Positions 1-10,181 of a stretch of DNA of 64,000 bases are shown in pieces. Location: contig CAVVHS010000007.1 in assembly GCA_963748215.1 (NCBI GenBank), forward strand, positions 1 to 64,000, read 5' to 3'. The position numbers were made by a program, and so were the translations under genes. Below the pieces are notes generated by a model. That model ran no database searches and was not told the DNA's origin. It saw only the letters and a list, made by a program, of their open reading frames with translations. Origin of the DNA: an uncultured Gammaproteobacteria bacterium (GTDB lineage: Bacteria > Pseudomonadota > Gammaproteobacteria > UBA9214). Numbering within the stretch: the first letter of the stretch is position 1; every line of letters starts with the position of its first letter.

Positions 1-1047
1 AGTATCACGCTCAATCACCTGAAAGAGTACACGCGCCTGCGCTTCGGCCAGTTCAAGACGCCCGGCTCCGAGGACGGTCTGCAGGCCATTCACGTGCACA
101 ACTACAACAACTTCTCACTGGCAGCCGATCAGCTGCTGCTGGAACGCTTCCGTGACTGGGACGGCGTGGGCACCTGCAGTATCCCGGATCCCACCCTGCC
201 TCTGTCACCGACGGAGTCAGCTTGGTACCTGGCCTGCTCCGGGGGCAACGGTCTGAACGGATCGGTCGGGGCCTACCGTGATATCGGCCTGCAGTTGTTC
301 AATACCTTCAGCATCGCGGACGGGCCGGGCAGCTATCCCTGGGAGCTGAGCTATGCCTTCATGGTCGGCAACGGCAATGGCATCGCCCGCGGCGACAACG
401 ATGACAACCGCGAGTTCTACTACTACCTGTCCGCCGGGCAGGTGTTCGGCGGACAGGGCCCGCGCCGTCAGGACTGGAAGGTGTTTGCCTGGTACCAGGA
501 CGGCAAGCGCACCCTGTTCGAGACCTCCACCACTGCACTGGATCCCTTCAGCGGTAACGCTGTCCCGGTTCCCATCGAAAGGGAATTCGACCGCACCCGC
601 TGGGGCGTGGGCGGCACCTACCGCAAGGGCAAATACCGGGTGTATGGCGAGTACATCGTCGCCGACGGCATGATCCCCAACGGTACCGACGGCGGCGCCG
701 TGCCGGGTGCTGTCAATAATGCAGGCACACAGATTGCCACAGCCAACACCCTGACCGACAACAAGGCCAAGGGCTGGTACCTGGATGCCGGCTACCAGGT
801 GCTGCCGAACCTGGAACTCGACGTGCGCTACGACGAACTGGACCGCGGCACGGAAGGGGCGGCTGCCATCGAGCGTGACTTCACCCGCTGGACCCTTGGT
901 GCGCAGTACTTCTTCAACAAGAAGAGCCGCTTTACGCTGAACTACGAGTTCCGCGATATCGAGGCACCCGGCGGCAATGCCACGGCAAAATCCGTCGTCG
1001 ACAGTGTCGATGATGTGCTGACGGCGCAGGTGCTGGTTATTTTCTAG
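1..1047 (+). CDS. Outer-membrane porin, OprO/OprP-like (5' truncated by window edge)
   Basis: Frame is open from base 1 (SITLNHLKEYTRLRFGQFKTPGSEDGLQ...). RFGQFKTP is typical of the OprO/P-like porins; amphipathic beta-strands and a C-terminal Phe. Confidence 0.75.
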   Translation, partial: SITLNHLKEYTRLRFGQFKTPGSEDGLQAIHVHNYNNFSLAADQLLLERFRDWDGVGTCSIPDPTLPLSPTESAWYLACSGGNGLNGSVGAYRDIGLQLFNTFSIADGPGSYPWELSYAFMVGNGNGIARGDNDDNREFYYYLSAGQVFGGQGPRRQDWKVFAWYQDGKRTLFETSTTALDPFSGNAVPVPIEREFDRTRWGVGGTYRKGKYRVYGEYIVADGMIPNGTDGGAVPGAVNNAGTQIATANTLTDNKAKGWYLDAGYQVLPNLELDVRYDELDRGTEGAAAIERDFTRWTLGAQYFFNKKSRFTLNYEFRDIEAPGGNATAKSVVDSVDDVLTAQVLVIF

Positions 1048-1075
1048 TCACCAGTCAACGCTGTAACTACCGTTG

Positions 1076-1110
1076 AACCCGGACCCGCATCAGCGAGTCC
1101 GGGTTTTTTA
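1076..1110 (+). terminator. Rho-independent terminator
   Basis: aacccggac...gtccgggtt stem followed by a T-run, just after the porin stop. Confidence 0.75.
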
Positions 1111-1148
1111 CTGTCGGTCAGCGGCTGCTGTGTGTCACTCGGCGGGTA

Positions 1149-2099
1149 TTATTGATGGAAGTCACGATCCGCAAACGGATCGGCCCGAAGACGGATGTCG
1201 TGGTGGACCGGTGGCAGTGTGCGCAGGTAAGTGGCCAGTGCCTGCCGGTCCGCTTCGGTGAGCGACATGCTGCTGGTGGCCAGTACCTCCGACATCAGTG
1301 GTCCGGTGTAGCTGCCATCGGGACGCCGGCCGGTGGCCAGAAAGTCGCGGTGCTGCCCCGGGGTCCAGCGGCCGACGCCGGTGCCCTGGTCCATGGTGAT
1401 GTTGGGTACCGGGCGGTCTTCCGGCCCGCGCGGGGTGCCAGCCAGATGCCGGTCGCGCTGCAGGCCGCCGAACAGGCCGCGCGGGGTGTGGCATTCGCCG
1501 CAGTGACCGAGTGCGGTGGCCAGGTAGGCGCCGCGGTTCCACTCGGCCGACTGTGCCGGGTCGTCAGCCCAGGGCCCTGGCGAGAAATAGCTCGCTTTCC
1601 AGTCGCGCACCAGTCGCCGCGAGAACAGGTACCAGGGCAGTTCGTGCGGGCGGTTCACGCGCGCGCTGGCCGGCTGGCTCATCACGTAGGCATACAGTGC
1701 CTGCCTGTCGGCGGGACTGATGCGCGTAAACGAGGTATAGGGAAAGGCCGGGAAATAGTCCTTGCCGGCGGGGTTGACGCCCTCGCCGAGGGCGCGCTGA
1801 AAATCGCGCTCGCTCCACGTGCCGATGCCCTGTGCGGGATGCGGCGTGATATTGGGCGGGTAATAGACGCCGAACGGGGTGTCCAGCGGCCGGCCACCGG
1901 CCAGGGGCTGGTCTTCGGTGTGGCAGGAGGCGCAGCCGGCAACACCGAACAGGTAGCGACCGCGCTCGACCAGTGTGTCTTCAGCTGCCACCCGTAGCGA
2001 CAGCATGCATAGCAGGCCGGCCAGCAGGTATGGCAGCGACGCCAACCCGGCTCTGCGTGAACAGGTGCCGCGTGGCGTGTCGTGTGTCCGGTTTGGCAT
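1149..2099 (-). CDS. Diheme cytochrome c (gluconate/alcohol dehydrogenase cytochrome-subunit-like)
   Basis: Signal peptide; CASCH and CGECH; RGxYL, TPFG, PNITP and YPAFPY-like motifs of this family. Confidence 0.9.
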   Translation of the reverse strand: MPNRTHDTPRGTCSRRAGLASLPYLLAGLLCMLSLRVAAEDTLVERGRYLFGVAGCASCHTEDQPLAGGRPLDTPFGVYYPPNITPHPAQGIGTWSERDFQRALGEGVNPAGKDYFPAFPYTSFTRISPADRQALYAYVMSQPASARVNRPHELPWYLFSRRLVRDWKASYFSPGPWADDPAQSAEWNRGAYLATALGHCGECHTPRGLFGGLQRDRHLAGTPRGPEDRPVPNITMDQGTGVGRWTPGQHRDFLATGRRPDGSYTGPLMSEVLATSSMSLTEADRQALATYLRTLPPVHHDIRLRADPFADRDFHQ

Positions 2100-2339
2100 G
2101 TTTCACCCTCGTGTCCTGGAAGCTCACCCTGATTGTGCCATGTCCGTTACAACAGGTCAGGCCTGGAGGCGGCTTTTCTGCAGTAGTTCTGACAGAAACG
2201 TCAGGCAGGCGCGAACGGTGTGCAAGTCTGCGGCCCGGGGCTATAATGCATCGCTTGCGTGGCAAGCCCCGTTTCCCCTAGATCGCGGTCCGTACCCGCA
2301 AGTCCCCTGTATGCAGATAACACCTCCCGCGCAACCGTG

Positions 2340-3776
2340 ATGCAACAGACGAAACGCCACCTCGTACCGGCCCTGCTGGGCCTGCTGGTGATTGCCGCCC
2401 TTGCCCTGGGGGGCTACCTGCAGTCGCAGGCGCCCGACTTGCCGGCCATCCCCGAGCTGGCGGTCGGCGAATTCTCGCAACCGGTACAGAAACAGATTCT
2501 CGCCGCGCGGACCCGGCTGCTGGAGGCGCCGGAAGATGCGCAGCGCAATCTGGAGCTGGGCAGGATACTGCATGCCTACAAGCTGCTGCCGTCCGCCATT
2601 GTGTGTTACCGGCGTGCGCGGCTGTTGCAGCCGGAAGAATTCGCTACCGCCTACCTGCTGGGTATTGCCCAGGTCCAGGCGGGCGATGATGCCGGCGCGA
2701 CCGATAACCTGCGTGCCGCGCTGGCGCTGAATCCGGACGATGCACCGGCGCGCCTGCGGCTGGGCGAGGTATTGTTCAAGAGCAGCAAACCTGAGGAGGC
2801 GCGTGAGCTGTTCGAGGCATTGCTGGAGCAGCAACCGGATTCGGCCTGGGCGCATCACCGGCTGGCGCAGGTGCTGGCCGCGCTCGGCGACCCGGCGGGC
2901 GCGATCGACCGGAACCGTCGCGCCATTGAGTTGTACGAGAATTTCGGCGCGGCGCACTATGCACTGGCGCTGGCCTACCGCGACCGCGGCGAGAGCGAAC
3001 TGGCGCAGGCACATATGGCGCGCTATCGCGCGTACCCGAAGCAGAGCCCGGCACATGTGGATGCGCTGCTGGAAGCGCTGGATGCCCTCGATATCAGCGC
3101 CACGGCGCAGGTGCGCCGGGCGAAGCGCCTGGAGCGCGCAGGCCGAATGCAGGATGCGCTGCAGGCGCTGCAGCAGGCCGTCGCCGTCGAGCCGGACTCG
3201 GTCGAGGCGCACAGTCAGCTGGTCCGGCTGTATCACCGCTTCAACGATACCGGGCGGGCGGAGCAGCACTACCGGGCGGTGACGGCCATTGAGCCCAACG
3301 CCGTCATGGTAAACCTCGAGTACGGCACGCTGTTGGCCGAACAGGGCCGTATCGCGGACGCCGCCACGACCTTCGAAAAGGTACTGACGGCCGACCCGGA
3401 TCACAGCGCCGCGCACATGCTGCTGGCCCAGGCACGCGAGGAATTGCAGCAGCCGGCGGAGGCCGAGCGGCATTACCGCCTGGCACTCGACAGCGATCCG
3501 AACAATCACCGCGCCGCGTTGCTGCTGGGACGCCTGCTGATGCTGGGCGAGCGGCCGGCCGAGGCGGAAACTTTTCTGGAACTGGCGGCAGCGGCCGAGC
3601 CGCGCGAACGCGCGTTCTACCTGCAACGCATCGCACAGGTCCGGCACGAGGCCGGCCAGCGCGAGCGTGCGCTGGCCGTGCTGGAGCAGGCGCGCGTACA
3701 GGCCGCAGAACGGGGGCAGCAACGCCTGCTGAACGAGATCATGCAAACACAGACACAGTGGCAGGAGAGTCCATGA
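2340..3776 (+). CDS. Tetratricopeptide-repeat protein with N-terminal membrane anchor
   Basis: ATG at 2340 precedes a hydrophobic segment; many TPR-like helices ending in P-D/P-N turns; stop overlaps the next ATG (ATGA). Confidence 0.85.
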   Translation: MQQTKRHLVPALLGLLVIAALALGGYLQSQAPDLPAIPELAVGEFSQPVQKQILAARTRLLEAPEDAQRNLELGRILHAYKLLPSAIVCYRRARLLQPEEFATAYLLGIAQVQAGDDAGATDNLRAALALNPDDAPARLRLGEVLFKSSKPEEARELFEALLEQQPDSAWAHHRLAQVLAALGDPAGAIDRNRRAIELYENFGAAHYALALAYRDRGESELAQAHMARYRAYPKQSPAHVDALLEALDALDISATAQVRRAKRLERAGRMQDALQALQQAVAVEPDSVEAHSQLVRLYHRFNDTGRAEQHYRAVTAIEPNAVMVNLEYGTLLAEQGRIADAATTFEKVLTADPDHSAAHMLLAQAREELQQPAEAERHYRLALDSDPNNHRAALLLGRLLMLGERPAEAETFLELAAAAEPRERAFYLQRIAQVRHEAGQRERALAVLEQARVQAAERGQQRLLNEIMQTQTQWQESP

Positions 3777-5536
3777 GGCAGGGATACATCACATTCGGTT
3801 GCCGGTGTTTGCTGTTCGTCAGTGTATGGCTGGCCGGCTGCGAGGGTGACGAGGCGGGACGGTCTCAGACGCTGCCGCCTGCCGCCGTTATAGCGCCTTT
3901 CGAGGAGGTGGCTGCCGCCACGGGCCTGGTGTTCACCCATTTCAACGGCGCCAGCGGCGCCTATTACCAGCCCGAGGTGTTCGGTCCGGGCGTGGCCGTG
4001 CTGGACTACGATAACGACGGCGATCTGGATGTCTATCTGCCGCAGGCAGCCATGCCCGATCCCGATCAGCCGTTCGAGGAGGCGCTGTTCCCGCTGCCAC
4101 CCGGCCAGCCGCCCGGTGACCGCCTGTTCCGCAACGACCTGGTCCCGGGCGGGACACTGCGCTTCACCGATGTCACGTCGGCAGCCGGACTCGGCAACGA
4201 GGGCTATGCACAGGGCGTGGCGACCGGCGATTACGACAACGACGGCTACACCGATTTCTACGTCACCGGCTTTGGCCCCAACGTGCTTTATCATAACGAC
4301 GGCAACGGCCGTTTCACCGATGTTTCCGCCACGGCCGGTGTCGACGATCCGCGCTGGAGTAGCAGTGCCGCCTTTCTCGACTACGACCGCGACGGGGACC
4401 TCGACCTGTTCGTCGCCAATTACGTGCGCTTCACCGTGACGGGCAACAAGCAGTGCGCCGGTGCCGATGGCAAGCTCGACTACTGCGGGCCGCAGTCCTA
4501 CGAGAAGGTGCGCGACCGGCTGTTCCGCAATGACGGCGGCGGCCGTTTCACCGATGTCAGCGACGCCGCCGGGCTGGGCGCGGCATTCGGTCCCGGCCTG
4601 GGCGTGACCTGCGCGGATTTCAATGGCGATGGCTGGCTCGACATCTACGTCGCCAACGACGGCGACGACAACCAGCTCTGGATCAACCGTCACGACGGCC
4701 GCTTCGAAAACACCGCGCTTATGGCCGGCGTGGCCATCAACGCCTACGGCAAGGCGGAGGCCAGCATGGGCGTGACGGCCGGCGATTTCGACGGTGATGG
4801 CGACGAGGACCTGTTCATGACCCATCTCGACCGCGAGACCAATACGCTCTACGTCAACGACGGCTCCGGCAACTTCCTCGACGCCACCGATGCCCGCAAG
4901 CTCGGGCGCATCAGCCTGGCCTATACCGGCTTCGGCTCGGAGTGGTTCGACTATGATAACGACGGTGACCTCGACCTGTTCATCGCCAACGGTGCCGTCA
5001 AGATCGAGGAGTCGCTGCGTGGCCAGCCGTTTCCCTATCAGGAGCGCAACCAGCTGATCCGCAACGATGGCGCGGCCGGCTTCAGCGATATCACCGAACA
5101 GGCCGGGCCGGCGCTGGAGCTGCTGGACGTCAGCCGTGGCGCCGCCTTCGGCGATCTCGACAACGACGGTGCCGTCGATATTGTGGTGGCGAGCAACAAC
5201 GGTCCGGTCCGCCTGCTGCGCAACACGGCAGCTACGCATAACCACTGGCTGGGCGTCAAACTGCAGGGTACCCGTTCCAGTCGGGACGGTCTGGGTGCGC
5301 GCGTGGCATTGATGCGTGCGGGCCAGCCGCCGTTGTGGCGTCGTGCGCATACCGATGGCAGCTACCTCAGCGCCAATGATCCGCGCGTGCACTTTGGCCT
5401 GGGTACGGAGCCCGGCGTGCAGGCGGTGGGCGTGGTGTGGCCGGATGGTGCTCGCGAGATCTGGCGCGATGTCGCAAGCGATGCGTTTATCACACTGCAG
5501 GAGGGCAGCGGCGCGCGGTGGGAAGGGAAGCCCTGA
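3773..5536 (+). CDS. CRTAC1 family lipoprotein (FG-GAP repeats + ASPIC/UnbV domain)
   Basis: Lipobox LAGC; repeated DxDxDGDLDL(F/Y)V motifs; C-terminal GSYLSANDPRVHFGLG...VVWPDG. Confidence 0.9.
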   Translation: MRQGYITFGCRCLLFVSVWLAGCEGDEAGRSQTLPPAAVIAPFEEVAAATGLVFTHFNGASGAYYQPEVFGPGVAVLDYDNDGDLDVYLPQAAMPDPDQPFEEALFPLPPGQPPGDRLFRNDLVPGGTLRFTDVTSAAGLGNEGYAQGVATGDYDNDGYTDFYVTGFGPNVLYHNDGNGRFTDVSATAGVDDPRWSSSAAFLDYDRDGDLDLFVANYVRFTVTGNKQCAGADGKLDYCGPQSYEKVRDRLFRNDGGGRFTDVSDAAGLGAAFGPGLGVTCADFNGDGWLDIYVANDGDDNQLWINRHDGRFENTALMAGVAINAYGKAEASMGVTAGDFDGDGDEDLFMTHLDRETNTLYVNDGSGNFLDATDARKLGRISLAYTGFGSEWFDYDNDGDLDLFIANGAVKIEESLRGQPFPYQERNQLIRNDGAAGFSDITEQAGPALELLDVSRGAAFGDLDNDGAVDIVVASNNGPVRLLRNTAATHNHWLGVKLQGTRSSRDGLGARVALMRAGQPPLWRRAHTDGSYLSANDPRVHFGLGTEPGVQAVGVVWPDGAREIWRDVASDAFITLQEGSGARWEGKP

Positions 5537-5709
5537 TGTGCCTTTCAGCGCTACGTGTGCGTGACCTGTCGAATCTCTACTTTCGGGACAGCCGACCCTG
5601 GCGGGTTTGTGGGTATCGCGATCGCGGATATTCCTGAAGCACTCACGGCATTCAATCGCCCGGACAGGAAGACCGGGACACTCTGTGTGGCGATGCGTAT
5701 TATGGACTT

Positions 5710-5819
5710 GGATCTCCCCTGATTGAGTGGCTAACGCATCAATTCAGACGAGCATGGTTGTTGGCCGAATGAATTCAACCCTACAATGGTAGTCAACCCA
5801 CACTATTTGCGGAAGAGCC
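5710..5819. mobile_element. MITE family A, short copy with 8-bp target-site duplication
   Basis: Ends ggatctcccctgattgagtgg ... ggaagagcc; flanked on both sides by atggactt (5702-5709 and 5820-5827); homologous to copies at 38954, 40811 and 48666. Confidence 0.8.
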
Positions 5820-5911
5820 ATGGACTTTATGAAACAGGACAGTCCTGTCGATCCCGAGCTGCGGGGTTTATCGCAAGTATGGTCGCAAGTGCCTGCGACA
5901 GGAGCCGTTTG

Positions 5912-6706
5912 ATGGTGTGCAAGTTACCGAGTACCTGGATCGTCTGCAGTCGCCTTGCGCTACTGTTTATTTTCCTGCTGTCGGGGCCGGTGTTGTCGCA
6001 AGCGCAGTCACCCGGACGTGTTGAAGCAGGCATGTTCTCATTATCCAGGCCCGGTCAAAACCTGCCGAATGGCTGGCAACCGCTGACCTTCGGCCGGATC
6101 GAGCGGCATACCGATTATTCCCTGGTGGAAGATCTCGGCACCGTCGTCGTCAAAGCCGTCAGTGATCAGTCTGCTTCCGGATTGACCCGGGCAATATCAA
6201 TCGACCCGGCAGAATACCCGATCATCCGGTGGCGCTGGAAAGTGAAGAATATCCTGCAGAAGGGCGATGTAAGCAGCAAGGACGGGGACGACTATCCCGC
6301 CAGAATCTATATTACCTTCGCATTTGATCCTGACAGGGCCGGTTACCTGGAGCAGCTGCAACAGCAGGCCGCCCGGCTCATCCAGGGGCGGGATGTTCCG
6401 TACCGGGCTATCTCCTATGTCTGGGGGAGCAACAGCCCGGCCGGTACCATGATTGCGAATTCCTACACGGACCGGGTCATGATGTTTGTTGTCGAGGTTG
6501 GCGACGAGAAGTTACAGCAGTGGGTAACGGAGAAACGCAATGTCTATGAGGATTACAAAAAAGCCTTTGGTGAAGAGCCGACCATGATATCCGGTGTGGC
6601 CATCATGACGGATACGGACAACACGCGGGAATCTGCCGTTGCCTGGTATGGTGACATCGTTTTCAGTACTGACCAGGGCAGCGCTGACCAGGGAACCTCT
6701 GATTAA
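5912..6706 (+). CDS. DUF3047 domain exported protein
   Basis: W-x-W-K, DDYPARIY, ISYVW, RNVYEDYKKAFGEEP and AIMTDTDNT motifs. Start is uncertain; the longer called start at 5786 lies inside a MITE. Confidence 0.85.
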   Translation: MVCKLPSTWIVCSRLALLFIFLLSGPVLSQAQSPGRVEAGMFSLSRPGQNLPNGWQPLTFGRIERHTDYSLVEDLGTVVVKAVSDQSASGLTRAISIDPAEYPIIRWRWKVKNILQKGDVSSKDGDDYPARIYITFAFDPDRAGYLEQLQQQAARLIQGRDVPYRAISYVWGSNSPAGTMIANSYTDRVMMFVVEVGDEKLQQWVTEKRNVYEDYKKAFGEEPTMISGVAIMTDTDNTRESAVAWYGDIVFSTDQGSADQGTSD

Positions 6707-6801
6707 TTCACTCATCGTCATCCCGGCGCATGCCGGGATCCAGAGTTTTCAATGACCTGGATGCCGGCCTTCGCCGGCATGACGAATTAATCAGAGGTTC
6801 C
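6692..6801. mobile_element. MITE family B (IS5-like termini) enclosing a CGTC-type REP pair
   Basis: Inverted ends ggaacctctgattaattc / gaattaatcagaggttcc; flanks ccag/ctag; internal cgtcatcccggcgcatgccgggatccag...ctggatgccggccttcgccggcatgacg. Confidence 0.75.
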
Positions 6802-6869
6802 CTAGGTTGTCATCGCGGGAAATAAGGCATCAGCTGGTTATGAAATGATGCGCTTCGCAGCGCCCGGCA

Positions 6870-6995
6870 CATCCTGCCACCGATGCGTGCCAGGGGCGGG
6901 GTGGCACAAAGCCGTTGGTCGTTACCCGAGCGTATCCCGTCACTCCGTCTCCCTAGTTCCCCTGTACTCGTTAACGCCCGGGTCAGCTATGCAGA
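6870..6995. repeat. ~125-bp direct repeat, copy 1
   Basis: Near-identical to 8271-8395 with a 53-bp identical core. Confidence 0.9.
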
Positions 6996-7197
6996 TGCGG
7001 TGGCGCCACCCTATTACCGTTACTGCACGGCACAGTGTTCCTCACAATGACGATACATCCGGGTTTCCGAATATATTTCCAGCTGACTGGCCGGCTCGCC
7101 ATGCGGTGTGGCGGTAACTGCGCTGCCGGATAGCCCGGTTGCAGACGCCAGCGAGTTGCAACAGGCATCACTCCTGAACAGGGACGGCGGCGATGGA

Positions 7198-7431
7198 TCA
7201 GTTGATCCCGAACGAGGCCCGGTTGACAGGGCAGGTGCAGATGGAGAATGTCCGATACTTTTTCCTGTGTGCGCAGGACCGCTCGCTTCTGCACCTGAGC
7301 AGCTGCAGGTCCCGGTCCAGGAACGGCTCCGCATTGCAGACAGATTTGTCTGACAGGCAGGTGTACTCCAGATCGCACCGGGTGTTCGCGATGATGTCGG
7401 GATCAATATTTCTGCTTCTCGGTAAAGTCAT
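7198..7431 (-). CDS. Small cysteine-rich hypothetical protein (77 aa)
   Basis: MTLPRSRNIDPDIIANTRCDLEYTCLSDKSVC...CRSERSC...ICTCPVNR; 7 Cys in an ordered pattern; purine-rich sequence upstream of the ATG. Confidence 0.6.
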   Translation of the reverse strand: MTLPRSRNIDPDIIANTRCDLEYTCLSDKSVCNAEPFLDRDLQLLRCRSERSCAHRKKYRTFSICTCPVNRASFGIN

Positions 7432-7819
7432 GGTCTTCACCTTTTTCCGCTATGGCTGCCACCTGAACATACATGAACTGCAGGGCTGCTGCCATGACCG
7501 GCCTGCGTGACAATAATGATTCCGATTCGCAACGATGAACCTCGAAATATTCAGGTGCGACATCGATCTGACTGCTACCGCCATAACCCACGCTGACCGG
7601 CTCACCCGGCGCCGTAGCGAGTTGGTATCACTCAGCCGGGCGATGCCGGCGCGGATCACACAAAGAATTACCGGGAATATGGAATAATTCCGAATTCCAG
7701 CCCGTCATAGTTTCGTGAAGACAGTGCAAGCTGTGTCTCAGTGACCGGATGGTGGATACGCCGCAAGGTCAACTCCGCTTCTACTACACCATATAAAATT
7801 CTTTTCAGGGAGCAATCAG

Positions 7820-8236
7820 ATGAGTTTAAAGCGAATGGTTTCCACAATAGTCGGGTTGATACTCGCAGCGAGCACGGTTCTTGGAGTGGCTGCCCATGCA
7901 GCGGATAAAGCTGCAGATGCTCCCGTCTATGACGAGTCCTCCTATACGGAATATGTCGAGAATACGATGAAGAAGCTCGATCGGCTCTATCTGGAGTTTT
8001 GCGGCACATGCGGCGTTGATGCTGCAAAGGCTGTGAAAGCAAGACAGGAATTTCTCACTACTGTTCGTGACCTGATGCAGTATATGAATGGCAGGTTTGA
8101 CAGGTTGGATCCCAAGACAGGCGGGGCGCTGTCGGCCACGGAAACACTGGTAAGCATCCACGTACTGACCATGCTGGTCGATATCCTGACGGCCACCCAG
8201 CTCGAGCATCTGGCGGATCATCCCTATAACCAGTAA
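7820..8236 (+). CDS. Exported helical hypothetical protein with CxxC
   Basis: RBS agggag; signal peptide ending AHA; CGTC without a following His. Confidence 0.75.
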   Translation: MSLKRMVSTIVGLILAASTVLGVAAHAADKAADAPVYDESSYTEYVENTMKKLDRLYLEFCGTCGVDAAKAVKARQEFLTTVRDLMQYMNGRFDRLDPKTGGALSATETLVSIHVLTMLVDILTATQLEHLADHPYNQ

Positions 8237-8270
8237 TCAGCCCGTCGGATGCGATGAGTGAAACGAACCG

Positions 8271-8395
8271 CATCCCGCCACCGTTGTGTGCCAGGGGCGG
8301 GGTGGCACAAAGCCGTTGGTCGTTACCCGAGCGTATCCCGCCACTCCGTCCCCTTGCTTCCCTGTGCTCGTCGACGCCCGGGTCAGCTCTGCAGA
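8271..8395. repeat. ~125-bp direct repeat, copy 2
   Basis: Near-identical to 6870-6995. Confidence 0.9.
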
Positions 8396-8396
8396 G

Positions 8397-8455
8397 CTGG
8401 CCGGCGTGAGAGCGGGTGTTGTAGCGCACGTGCAATGCATCGCGCCGTCCACTCG
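8397..8455 (-). pseudogene. Duplicated 3'-end fragment of the 10182-13502 gene
   Basis: 48/59 ungapped identity (manual count) to 10185-10243; translates RDALHVRYNTRSHAGQ versus RDALHARYNTRYRAGQ. Confidence 0.8.
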
Positions 8456-8685
8456 ATATACCTTCAGAAGCGCGACGCTTCCAGGCGGCTGATATATTCA
8501 GGCACAGTATGGAAACGGAGTTTTTCAACGGCATCGACCCAAAGGCAACATTAAAACAAAATCAGCGTATAGCAAAACCATTAAAAACCGGATTTACTTA
8601 ACCATTGTCAAATAAAAAAAGCTGGATCAGTGGTTCAACGAGCTTTGCATCTGCGCAGCGGATATTCTCCGCGACTTCAATATAC

Positions 8686-9681
8686 TCAGCGTGTTGTTAT
8701 CCAGACGTCCGTTATCCCCAGCTTTGCCTTGGCAGTGCCGGCATAAGCCCTGGCCTCCTCCGCTGTTGAAAAGCCGGTGATCTGGACACGCCAGTATTGT
8801 TTGCCTTTTACGGTGGCTTGCTGCTGTTCTGTCTGGATATCTCTGGACCTGGCTTTTTCCGTCAAGCGGTCTGCATCGGTCTTGCTCGGCGATGAAGCAA
8901 GATTGATAACCCATTGTCCCTCTTTCTTCGGGCTGATTGCGGTACTTAATGGTTTGCTGGTGATCGATTGACTGCTCGCTACGGAATCACTGCCCGGGCT
9001 GGTTAATGCAGGCGCTTCGTGTGTCGCCCTGATGGACGTGCGCAGGGGGGCAGCAGGGCTGGTTGTGCCGGTAACGGCAATCACAGGCGCGTCCCGGAGC
9101 CTGCTTGCTCCCCCGGTGGAGGTTTGCCGGGGCGTTTTTGCAACGCTCACCTCCTCGACAGCTTGACCACTGGCAGGGGGCGGCAGCGCCTCAAGAACTT
9201 GCACTGCCTCGCCAATTGCCGGCACCTCAGGCGTGGTCGCGGACGCAATGTTCTGTTCCGCACCGACTATGGAATCGGTGATGCCCTGAGCCTGCATCAG
9301 TCTCGACTCCAGACGGGCTATCGAATCGGCCAGCATGTCTACGCGTTGAGTCAGGCCGGCGACGCGCGTTTCCAGCTGTTTGGTGGCCGGGCTCCCGGTT
9401 GCACTGGTTTGACGAGATTCAGGCAGATCAAGATTGTATGACCATTCCGTCGGCTTCCGGTCTGATCCGATCAGCCAGGTAATCATGACCGACGCGATCA
9501 CCAGGGCCATCCCCGATAAAAGCCATCTGGCCTTGTTCTTCAAGGCGAATAGCCGGTTGTTCTGCGATCCCAAGCTGCTCATTTTTCGATGTTCCACACC
9601 GTCCGTTGAGCTGGCATGGCCTTGCTGCAAGCGCTCCCGATGCTTGCGCGCCTCCTCCATTTTTTGTTTGATCCGTTCCAT
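8686..9681 (-). CDS. SPOR domain-containing membrane protein
   Basis: One TM segment, coiled coil, S/T/P-rich linker, C-terminal WVINLAS...YWRVQITGFSTAEEARAYA SPOR pattern. Confidence 0.8.
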   Translation of the reverse strand: MERIKQKMEEARKHRERLQQGHASSTDGVEHRKMSSLGSQNNRLFALKNKARWLLSGMALVIASVMITWLIGSDRKPTEWSYNLDLPESRQTSATGSPATKQLETRVAGLTQRVDMLADSIARLESRLMQAQGITDSIVGAEQNIASATTPEVPAIGEAVQVLEALPPPASGQAVEEVSVAKTPRQTSTGGASRLRDAPVIAVTGTTSPAAPLRTSIRATHEAPALTSPGSDSVASSQSITSKPLSTAISPKKEGQWVINLASSPSKTDADRLTEKARSRDIQTEQQQATVKGKQYWRVQITGFSTAEEARAYAGTAKAKLGITDVWITTR

Positions 9682-10181
9682 ATGCTGATACAGCCTAATA
9701 GATCTCTTAATAGATGCCTAGACGCAGTATGGGCCAGGTAAAGCAGCACCAGCTAGACATGATGGCGCGGCTGGTCACTGAGGTATGCCCCGTGGTGAGT
9801 ATTGACGTTCTGATGCGTGAGCCAATGCACCAGCGGCCGTGGATCTTAACAAATCTATTACGTTACTGTAAGGCAGGTGTCCTGCATTTATGTGCAAAGT
9901 GCCTGCCATCGTGTGCCCGTCCATCACCTCAAATCGGGTCAAGAAGGACAGACAAGCGCACCATGGACCGCGAGTATCTGCGGGTGACCCTGATCCAGCG
10001 CCCTGCAGTGCGCTAGCTGAACATCCTCCTTCACCCTTTGCCGCTGAATATCCTGTTTGTGGTAACAGGCAGCCATTAATTGTCCTGATCGTTAACCATT
10101 CCCGCGTTACTGTTAAACAGTACCATCCCCGGGTAATTGATCAATCGTTTATACAGATACCCCGGCACCACCCGGTTTCCG

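Noticed and set aside
2241-5392. Long antisense ORFs (also 10281-13610, 18066-19691, 24148-26529, 37543-38937, 53871-55676)
   Set aside because: Shadow frames of high-GC genes on the opposite strand; no motifs.
9714-10016. 100-aa ORF divergent from the SPOR gene
   Set aside because: No RBS or recognisable motif; cannot be supported.
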